Source of the DNA: Candidatus Iainarchaeum sp.
Lineage (GTDB): Archaea > Iainarchaeota > Iainarchaeia > Iainarchaeales > GCA-2688035
Direction: 5' to 3'
DNA: 14,607 bases
Assembly (NCBI GenBank): GCA_028713935.1
Contig: JAQTNI010000034.1
Span: 1 to 14,607, forward strand
The notes under the pieces were generated by a model that made no database searches, was not told the DNA's origin, and saw only the letters and a program-made list of their open reading frames with translations. Below, piece by piece: positions 7,136 through 13,114 of this stretch. A program made the translations under genes and the position numbers. Positions within the stretch are counted from its first letter, which is position 1, and every line of letters begins with the position of its first letter.

Positions 7136-8423
7136 TTTGTTTTGCCTCCAGTATTTCTTTTGCCCTGTCAACCTTAATATTCTTTTCTGAAATCATTTTT
7201 TCAGCTACTTCGTCAATTTGTTTTCCTTTTGCGCCAGCAAGCACTGCAATGTTTTTTGCATGCAGCTTCATATGCCCGCGCTGCACTCCTTCTGTTGCCA
7301 GAACCCTCATTGCAGCAATGTTGTTTGCCAATCCAACACAAGCCATTATTTCAGCCAACTCCCCTGCACTTTTAACCCCAAGGATTTTCACTGCAATTTT
7401 TGCAATGGGATGTGATTTTGTTGCTCCTCCCACAAGGCCGACTGCAAGGGGCAATTCAATTTCTCCAACAAGATTTCCTTCTTTGTCCTTATAATATTTT
7501 GTCAATGGCTTGTATTTTCCCTTATTTTTCCAGCATGCAAAAGTATGCGCCCCTGCTTCAATTGCTCTCCAGTCCTGGCCAGTTGCAATTGCCACTGCAT
7601 CTATTCCGTTCATTATTCCCTTGTTGTGTGTGCAGGCGCGAAAAACATCTGCTTCCGCAAAGGCATATGCATTAAGGATTGCTTCAACAATTTCTTCTCC
7701 TTTCAAAGAGCTTTCCCTGAAACTTTCTTCCAGGGCTTTTTTTGAAAAAACGGCTTTTGCCTTTACTGTCCTGTAAACAGCCAGATTTGAAATTATTCTC
7801 AACAATACTTTTCCGCTGGTTATTTCCTCTATTTTTGGGGTTATTGCCTCGCACATTGTGTTGATTGCGTTTGCCCCCATTGCGTCCCTTACATCGACAA
7901 GCAATTCAACAATAAGCATTTTTCCTTTTATTGTTTTCAAAACCCTTGCTTCCAATTTTTTTGCCCCGCCCCCAAATTTTACTAGGGTTTGGTCCATTGA
8001 ATTTGCCTTTTCAAGCAATTCTTTTTTTGCCTTCAAAATTTTTTTTCTTGCCTCTTCAGGCTTTTTTATTCCAGTAACCTGAATCTGCCCAATCATCAAT
8101 GGTTCAGATGCCTTTGCTTCAAAGCCTTCTGAAGCCCTTGTAATCTGCGCTGCCTTGCTTGCAGCCGCAACAACGCTCGGCTCTTCCAATGCCATTGGCA
8201 CCAGATAATCTTTTTTGTTTATTCTGAAGTTTGTCGCTATTCCCAATGGAAGTTGCTGCACTGCAACAACATTTTCAATCATCCTGTTTGCCTGTTCAAA
8301 ATCAAGCGCTGCAAATTTTTTCAGCTGCAAGGTTTCTTCTTCGCTTAATTGTGCAAATTCCTTTACAATCGCCAAGCGTTCTTCCAAATTTTTCTTATAA
8401 AACTCTGAAATGTTTGATTCCAT
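7128..8423 (-). CDS. hmgA: HMG-CoA reductase, class II (soluble, bacterial/Thermoplasma/Archaeoglobus type)
   Basis: Class II signatures LPLGIATNFRINKKDYLVPMALEEPSVVAAASKAA, DAMGANAIN, THNKGIMNGIDA, ATEGVQRGHMKLHA. No membrane domain. The track start at 8432 is TTG; ATG at 8423 (MESNISEFYKK) is preferred. Confidence 0.92.
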   Translation of the reverse strand: MESNISEFYKKNLEERLAIVKEFAQLSEEETLQLKKFAALDFEQANRMIENVVAVQQLPLGIATNFRINKKDYLVPMALEEPSVVAAASKAAQITRASEGFEAKASEPLMIGQIQVTGIKKPEEARKKILKAKKELLEKANSMDQTLVKFGGGAKKLEARVLKTIKGKMLIVELLVDVRDAMGANAINTMCEAITPKIEEITSGKVLLRIISNLAVYRTVKAKAVFSKKALEESFRESSLKGEEIVEAILNAYAFAEADVFRACTHNKGIMNGIDAVAIATGQDWRAIEAGAHTFACWKNKGKYKPLTKYYKDKEGNLVGEIELPLAVGLVGGATKSHPIAKIAVKILGVKSAGELAEIMACVGLANNIAAMRVLATEGVQRGHMKLHAKNIAVLAGAKGKQIDEVAEKMISEKNIKVDRAKEILEAKQNA

Positions 8424-8428
8424 AAGTG

Positions 8429-9778
8429 TCAAGCCCCCAGCAATACATCGTGCCTGTTCAGGCCTGTTTCTTCGGTTTTGCTGTTTCTTTGTTTTTTTTC
8501 CTTCAAAAATTGCTGTATTTCCTTTACTGCGTTTTTTGCGGACTGCACTGCATGCACAATTGTTTTCTGCGAGTTTATCGCATCCCCTGCTAAAAAAACT
8601 CCGTGCAGTTCAGTGCTGCAGATTCCCTCTTTGAGGGGCTTTCCTTGCAGCAGGCTTGCCTTGAAAACTGTTTCGTCAAATTCCTGCCCAATTGCAAGAA
8701 CAGCAATTTCAGCTTCCATTTCAATTTCTTCCCCTCTAGAAACAAATTCCTCTTTTTTGATTTCCAGTTTCTGGAATTTTATTTTTTCAAGTTTTTTGGT
8801 TCCAATAAATTCAATTGGGGAAAGCAGGTATTCAAATTTTATGCCCTCTTCAATTGCCTCGTTATACTCTTTTTTCCTGCAGGGCATGAATTCAAGGTTT
8901 TTCCTGTAAGCAATCGTAACATCAAACCCCATTCTCAATGCAGTCCTTGCGCAGTCCATTGCAGTGTCCCCTCCCCCTACAACAACGCATTTTTTTCCCC
9001 TGCCCTGCCTGCCATTTCCATGGCAATATTTTTCCAGGAAGGAATTCCAATAAAAAATTCCTTCAAGCTCTTTTCCTTTTGCATCAAGCTGTTTTGCATG
9101 GCTCTCGCCCGTTGCAATTAACACGGCATCAAATTCTGAAAGTATTTCGCTGAGTGTTTTTTTCCCGCCTATCCCAAAGTTTTTTTCCATTTCAATGCCC
9201 TGATTTTGCATCCATTTTACCTGTTCTTCAAAAACCTTTTTCGGAATCCTGTAGCCGGGAATTGCATTAATTGCAAGGCCTCCAAAATTGCCTTGGGCTT
9301 CAAAAATTTTTCCTTTTATCCCGATTTTTCTCAGTTCAATTGAAGCCGCAATTCCCGCAGGGCCGGAACCGATTATTGCAATGCTGTTTTTTGAAGTGCT
9401 GTCATTAATGTTTTTCATTTCGGAATTTTCAACTGCAAACCTTTCAAGTGCCCTGATTGAAATTGCCTCTCCTTTTTTTGCAAGAACACAGCCTCCTTCG
9501 CATTGCTGCTCTGCATTGCAGGCCCTGCAAGTAAGGCATGGCAAAGAGTCCTGTTCAAGGATTGTTTGCAGCGCGCCCTGAAAATTTTCTTCACAGATTT
9601 TTTTTATAAATTCCTTGCAATTCACGCCTGCAGGGCAGCCAGTTACACAGCCGGGATTTGCGCATTGCAGGCATCTTTGCGCTTCCTTCAAGGCTTTTTC
9701 CCTTGAAAAGCACTGTTCTATTTCATTAAAATTGCCAATTCTTTCTTCAACCCGCAATTTTTCCATTTTTTCCTGCAT
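8429..9778 (-). CDS. GltD/SudA/NfnB-family NAD(P)H-dependent Fe-S flavoprotein oxidoreductase (glutamate synthase small-subunit-like)
   Basis: N-terminal Cys clusters CLQCANPGCVTGC and CLTCRACNAEQQCEGGC. Two dinucleotide folds, IAIIGSGPAGIAAS and CVVVGGGDTAMDCARTA. TGA stop lies 5 nt before the reductase ATG. The track start at 9784 is GTG. ATG at 9778 is preferred but the start is uncertain because the AGGTG SD is only 3 nt away. Confidence 0.85.
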   Translation of the reverse strand: MQEKMEKLRVEERIGNFNEIEQCFSREKALKEAQRCLQCANPGCVTGCPAGVNCKEFIKKICEENFQGALQTILEQDSLPCLTCRACNAEQQCEGGCVLAKKGEAISIRALERFAVENSEMKNINDSTSKNSIAIIGSGPAGIAASIELRKIGIKGKIFEAQGNFGGLAINAIPGYRIPKKVFEEQVKWMQNQGIEMEKNFGIGGKKTLSEILSEFDAVLIATGESHAKQLDAKGKELEGIFYWNSFLEKYCHGNGRQGRGKKCVVVGGGDTAMDCARTALRMGFDVTIAYRKNLEFMPCRKKEYNEAIEEGIKFEYLLSPIEFIGTKKLEKIKFQKLEIKKEEFVSRGEEIEMEAEIAVLAIGQEFDETVFKASLLQGKPLKEGICSTELHGVFLAGDAINSQKTIVHAVQSAKNAVKEIQQFLKEKKQRNSKTEETGLNRHDVLLGA

Positions 9779-9850
9779 AAACACCTAGTCTTTGCATTTT
9801 GCCCTCTATGGCAAAAATCCCATATATTTGAACAATTTTTTTTACAAAGG
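9779..9850 (-). promoter_or_regulatory. Candidate promoter and leader of the mevalonate operon
   Basis: On the minus strand, CAAATATATG (rc of 9821-9830) is a TATA-like box about 47 nt upstream of the ATG, preceded by an A-run. A 7-bp hairpin TTTTGCC-ctctat-GGCAAAA (9797-9816) lies in the presumed leader. Confidence 0.3.
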
Positions 9851-9992
9851 CATTATTTGAGAAAATAAAAAGTGAAACTGCAAATGCAATAAGGCAATCC
9901 TGACTTAAAAGTGCCCAAAGCCAATTAAAAAGCTTACTGTTTCAACGAAACAAAAATCGGCAATAAACGAATTCTTTGGTTTTTTTGGCTTT

Positions 9993-10087
9993 GTGGGGAG
10001 TTTTTCCCACGTTGTAAAAGCTGTGCTTTTACGACGCGCCGCAAACCAAAAGGTTTGCAACGAGGCTTTTTTGCGAGAGCAAAAAAG
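9993..10087. repeat. Array of four phased short hairpins (element copy A)
   Basis: GTGGGGA-gttt-TTCCCAC (9993-10010). GTTGTAAAAGC-tgt-GCTTTTACGAC (10011-10035). GCAAACC-aaaa-GGTTTGC (10041-10058). CTTTTTTGC-gaga-GCAAAAAAG (10066-10087). The last one ends 2 nt from the TAA of the 117-aa gene. Hairpin centres are spaced about 21-27 nt. Confidence 0.8.
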
Positions 10088-10089
10088 GC

Positions 10090-10443
10090 TTAATCTATTC
10101 TCAGGCTCATGTTCTCTGTTGTCTGGTCTTTTACTTCATTAAAGCTGCCTTCGTGTTCTGTCAAAATCAGCCTTACTGGCTCTTCTGTTGAGGAAGCAGC
10201 ATTTTTCGGCCAGATGTCAAAATAAAGTGTTTTTGTTTCCCCTGCCTTTAAGGATTCAATTCTTTTTATGTCACTGGTTTTATAGCCAACCCTGTCAAGG
10301 CTTAACCTTGAACCGAGCTTTATTTCAAGAGTCAGAATCGCATTTGCCTTGTCCTTGTTTGCAAGGTCAACTTTCAATTCAACAGGCCCTCTTCTCGCCA
10401 GAATCATCCTGAAAGGAGAAAACTTTGCATTAATTGCAATCAT
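10090..10443 (-). CDS. Hypothetical small cytoplasmic beta-sandwich-like protein (CARDB/NEW3-like pattern)
   Basis: 117 aa. ATG with GGGTGGA SD. Alternating hydrophobic pattern: VELKVDLANKDKANAILTLEIKL ... LKAGETKTLYFDIWP ... PVRLILTE. No signal peptide. The fold guess is by eye. Confidence 0.55.
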   Translation of the reverse strand: MIAINAKFSPFRMILARRGPVELKVDLANKDKANAILTLEIKLGSRLSLDRVGYKTSDIKRIESLKAGETKTLYFDIWPKNAASSTEEPVRLILTEHEGSFNEVKDQTTENMSLRID

Positions 10444-10607
10444 AAGTCCACCCGCTTAGCAAATTAAATCTGATTAATTTTATTATTTATATTTGGGCAT
10501 TAAGGGCTTTAAAACTTGCGTTTTCAAGAAGCGGAATTTTCCTGCAAAGCCTTAAATACCTCCTTGATAATACTCTTTAGGAAAAGGAAAAAGAATTTTT
10601 CCCAGGT
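10444..10607. promoter_or_regulatory. Divergent promoter region between the 117-aa gene and the wHTH gene
   Basis: A/T block 10461-10496 (aaattaaatctgattaattttattatttatattt) contains TATA-like sequences for either strand. First copy of the AGCGGAATTT direct repeat at 10530-10539. Confidence 0.4.
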
Positions 10608-11093
10608 GTGTTTTTGCAGAAAGCGGAATTTCCAGAATCCGGCCTTGTAAGAAAGACTTTCATTGTGAGACAGATGGATTTGCCTCCAAGCGTAAAGCTC
10701 ACAAAGCGTTCTCTCCTGAGATGGTTTGCGCTTTCCTTCGGTTTAATCAGCAGTGGTGAATCAAGGGACACTGTTCTGCTTGTCCTGGATGCCTTGTTTT
10801 TCCTTCTTTTGTCTTCAAAATCAAGCCCTTCTACAACAGATGTCCAGGCCTGCATAAAGGAAAAATTCCAGAAAAAAATTTCCGAAAAGCTCATCCGCTA
10901 TCATCTTAACAGGCTTATTGAATCAGGCCTGCTTGTGCGCAGAAAAGCAAGGTATTTCATCAACAACAACCCTTATGCAGAGCCGAACAATCTCAAAGAG
11001 TCTTTTGTGCACTGGTTTAGGCAGCCTGCAAACACTGCAATGTCTGACATTGAAACAGTCCTTGGCTCTCTTTCGGAAGCCTACAAAAAATAA
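10608..11093 (+). CDS. Winged-helix DNA-binding protein (putative transcription regulator)
   Basis: wHTH pattern ISEKLIRYHLNRLIESGLLVRRKARYFI. Start uncertain: GTG 10608, TTG 10614 (AGGTG 5 nt upstream) or ATG 10674. TAA at 11091-11093. Confidence 0.6.
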   Translation: MFLQKAEFPESGLVRKTFIVRQMDLPPSVKLTKRSLLRWFALSFGLISSGESRDTVLLVLDALFFLLLSSKSSPSTTDVQACIKEKFQKKISEKLIRYHLNRLIESGLLVRRKARYFINNNPYAEPNNLKESFVHWFRQPANTAMSDIETVLGSLSEAYKK

Positions 11094-11099
11094 GCCTTT

Positions 11100-11289
11100 C
11101 GAAGCGCTCATTGAGCCTTTTTGCTCCTGCAAAAAGCTTCGGGAAAATGCTTCGCAGTATTCGCTTTCGAAAGCCTCGTTGCAAAGCTTCGCTTTGCGAC
11201 GCACAATGCAAACAAAGTTTGCGTTGCATCGGAAAGCATTGCTTTCCAATGTCGCAAACCGCAAGGTTTGCAATGTGGGAAAATACTCG
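11100..11289. repeat. Array of six or more phased short hairpins (element copy B, inverted relative to copy A)
   Basis: CTTTTTGC-tcct-GCAAAAAG (11117-11136). GCTTTCGAAAGC (11163-11174). CGTTGCAAAGC-ttc-GCTTTGCGACG (11177-11201). CAATGCAAAC-aaa-GTTTGCGTTG (11204-11226). GGAAAGC-att-GCTTTCC (11231-11247). GCAAACC-gcaa-GGTTTGC (11254-11271), then GTGGGAAAA. The exact 16-mer AAAGCCTCGTTGCAAA (11170-11185) is the reverse complement of 10054-10069. Confidence 0.8.
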
Positions 11290-11292
11290 CGG

Positions 11293-11559
11293 TTAATCAA
11301 TTGCATTTGGCCAGTGCTGGATGCCTGTTGCAATGTCCTTGTAGCACAAATCCCTGTTCTGCAAATTTGAGATTTTTTCGCAGAGCTCTGTGCTTTTGCT
11401 TATTGTCGCTGTTTCCCAGTAACATTGCTCTTTTGTTTCCTGTGAAGAAATTTTTTCGCAGATTTCCGGTTTTGCATAATCTGGCGAGCCAAGGCAGCCC
11501 ATTGTAAGGAGAAGGCCTATTGCTGCAATTATTGCAATTGAAAAAATTTTTTTCTTCAT
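11293..11559 (-). CDS. Small secreted Cys-repeat protein, probable lipoprotein
   Basis: The internal ATG at 11559 gives MKKKIFSIAIIAAIGLLLTMGC, a signal peptide with a lipobox-like LTMGC. Two internal repeats: EICEKISSQETKEQCYWE and ELCEKISNLQNRDLCYKD. The track start at 11637 would leave only 9 nt before the divergent dtdA. Confidence 0.6.
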   Translation of the reverse strand: MKKKIFSIAIIAAIGLLLTMGCLGSPDYAKPEICEKISSQETKEQCYWETATISKSTELCEKISNLQNRDLCYKDIATGIQHWPNAID

Positions 11560-11646
11560 TTTAATAATGCCTTTTTTGTTTTGGTTCAATTCCAGAATTT
11601 TTGGTTCAAACATGAGTTTTAATCCATTTTTATCCATAATTTTTGC

Positions 11647-12453
11647 ATGTTCACAATTGTTGTTTCCAAATCCGACCTCGCTGGAATGAATTTTTTTCCT
11701 CTGTTCACTGAAAATTTTGGCTTCAGGGAAACAGGCAGAATTTTTGATGGCAGCCCGATTTTTGCATTTGGGAATTTTGAATTGCTCACAATCAATTCCG
11801 TGCAGATTTTTGCTGATTTTTTGGATAAAAGAAAAACAGATTTTTTTATTTTTGCCTCAAAGCATTCAAGCACTGCAAAAAAACCCTCTCTTACAGCGCA
11901 TGCAATTGGCAATTTTTCAAAGGCAGAATTTGGCGGAAAAGATTTTGAATTATGCCCCTCAAGCGCTTTTCTTTCGCGCAATTACCTTCTAAGCCTGAAA
12001 GAACAGCGGGAAAGCCTGGTCTTGCCTGACTTTGAGATTTGCCTTGAAGCAACCCATCACGGGCCTTTTTTGAAAACGCCAAGCATTTTCATTGAGCTTG
12101 GCAGTTCTGAAAAAGAATGGTTATTAAAAAAGCCTGCTGAAGCAGTTGTTGAGACAATTCTCAAAAAAACTTCTTTGCATTCAAATGCGGTTCCCTGCAT
12201 TGGGATTGGCGGAGGCCATTACGCCCCAGGCTTTACAAAACGCGTTCTGAATGAAAATTTTGCTTTTTCCCATATTGCAGCGGAATATTCTCTTCCGCAT
12301 TTCACGGAATTTTCTTTGCAGAAAATGGTTTCAAATTCAATTGAAAAGCCGGAATTGATTGTTGCAGACAGGAAAGGCCTTGGAAAATCAGTGCAAAAAA
12401 ATCGCATCCAGCAGATTCTGCAGGAATCAGGAATTGAAATACTGTTTGTTTGA
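11647..12453 (+). CDS. dtdA: D-aminoacyl-tRNA deacylase, archaeal DTD2 type
   Basis: 268 aa, colinear with the DTD2 family: FASKHSS...PSLTAH, LEATHHGP, IELGSSEKEW, IGIGGGHYAP. ATG start with no SD, so possibly leaderless. Confidence 0.9.
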   Translation: MFTIVVSKSDLAGMNFFPLFTENFGFRETGRIFDGSPIFAFGNFELLTINSVQIFADFLDKRKTDFFIFASKHSSTAKKPSLTAHAIGNFSKAEFGGKDFELCPSSAFLSRNYLLSLKEQRESLVLPDFEICLEATHHGPFLKTPSIFIELGSSEKEWLLKKPAEAVVETILKKTSLHSNAVPCIGIGGGHYAPGFTKRVLNENFAFSHIAAEYSLPHFTEFSLQKMVSNSIEKPELIVADRKGLGKSVQKNRIQQILQESGIEILFV

Positions 12454-12503
12454 AATAATGGGCAATTCCTATAAGAAAACCCTGTTCTGTAAACAATGCT
12501 TAA

Positions 12504-12535
12504 CCCAATTCCTGCATTTCTTTGGGCTGTTTTTT
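12504..12535 (+). terminator. Possible dtdA terminator (weak hairpin plus T6 tract)
   Basis: CCCAA (12504-12508) and TTGGG (12522-26) form a 5-bp stem, followed by TTTTTT at 12530-12535. Archaeal termination typically uses oligo-T tracts. Confidence 0.3.
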
Positions 12536-12542
12536 AAGACAC

Positions 12543-13085
12543 TTAACCTTGTGCCCTACTTTCAATTCTACGTGCAATGTCAAATGCCTTTTTAGTGTCG
12601 TTAGTAAATTTTTCAAAACTATCTTTTCCCAACACTTGTTCCAGTGCTGCCAGATTCCGCGTGATTGCCATTCTGAGAATCATTGTATCTACTACTGTCA
12701 TTGCCTTGTCCTCAGTGTGTTTTAATTTCCGTAAGTCTTCTCTGGCGAAGGCAACAGCGGCCTCGCTTATTTCGTTCGCACACATAGCGCTTCCCAAGGA
12801 AATGTTTACATCCCTTATCAGGTTTTTGAGGATTTCCTTCTTTGTTTTACAGGTAACAGGCCCTTTGTAAGCTGCGAATATTCTCACCTGATTTGCCATC
12901 AACTTTCTTGCCCTATTATAATCTGGTTTTGCTAACCCTATTTTTGAAAGCAAATATAAACGAATTTCCAGAAGCGTTTGGATTTGGCGCATTTGCCTGG
13001 AGGGCTTGTATCTCTCAAGAACGGACTGTATTCTGGCGCGAAATGCCCTCTTATAAGCAGGATTTGCTTTTTTTTCTTTTGGCAT
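12543..13085 (-). CDS. Hypothetical alpha-helical protein (180 aa), probable paralogue of 6569-7135
   Basis: ATG start 29 nt downstream of the idsA stop. Colinear by-eye similarity to the 188-aa protein: ARKLMAN vs ARQLVAN at the same position, CANEISEAAVAFAREDLRKLK vs TANDLPNVVATAVRDKGQRLK, and NLAALEQVLGKDSFEKF vs NSALASIIGSKKLDTF. Confidence 0.7.
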   Translation of the reverse strand: MPKEKKANPAYKRAFRARIQSVLERYKPSRQMRQIQTLLEIRLYLLSKIGLAKPDYNRARKLMANQVRIFAAYKGPVTCKTKKEILKNLIRDVNISLGSAMCANEISEAAVAFAREDLRKLKHTEDKAMTVVDTMILRMAITRNLAALEQVLGKDSFEKFTNDTKKAFDIARRIESRAQG

Positions 13086-13114
13086 TTATTTTCCTTTTTA
13101 ATTGGATAGTCAGT

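Noticed and set aside
7136-7171. N-terminal extensions from alternative starts in the track (7136-7171, 8424-8432, 9779-9784, 11560-11637, and the internal TTG start at 14548)
   Set aside because: ATG codons with properly spaced SD-like sequences lie just downstream. For the lipoprotein, a canonical signal peptide begins at the internal ATG. For 14548 the frame is open upstream and continues a NAD kinase motif.
228-9706. Dozens of plus-strand ORFs of 60-170 aa in the track (for example 447-764, 5859-6260, 8478-8909, 8603-9121)
   Set aside because: All lie antisense to long minus-strand genes with clear family motifs. Their translations are F/L/S/C-rich and low-complexity, as expected for the reverse complement of K/E/I-rich coding sequence. 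None has an SD or a recognisable motif.
9851-9990. Possible C/D box sRNA or tRNA in the long intergenic region
   Set aside because: Only an isolated CTGA was seen, with no RUGAUGA C box, no terminal stem, and no tRNA T-loop (GGTTCGAATCC-like) or cloverleaf.
10577-10894. 105-aa minus-strand ORF
   Set aside because: It is antisense to the wHTH gene and spans the divergent promoter. It has no motif and is less coherent than the plus-strand reading.
9993-11292. Possibility that the hairpin arrays are a CRISPR array
   Set aside because: The units are not identical repeats separated by unique spacers. They are different short palindromes spaced 21-27 nt with almost no spacer, and no cas genes are present.
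10918-11507. Five mutually overlapping ORFs on both strands across the hairpin region (10918-11370 +, 10923-11333 -, 11017-11229 -, 11111-11296 +, 11121-11507 +)
   Set aside because: They overlap each other and real genes, and are open only because the palindromic GC-enriched sequence lacks stops in several frames. Their Cys/Arg/Ala-rich translations mirror the repeats.
11619-11981. 120-aa minus-strand ORF, plus the other short ORFs overlapping 11647-12453 on both strands (11717-11992 +, 11891-12082 -, 12219-12407 -, 12302-12496 -)
   Set aside because: They overlap the confidently identified dtdA gene, either antisense or in another plus-strand frame.
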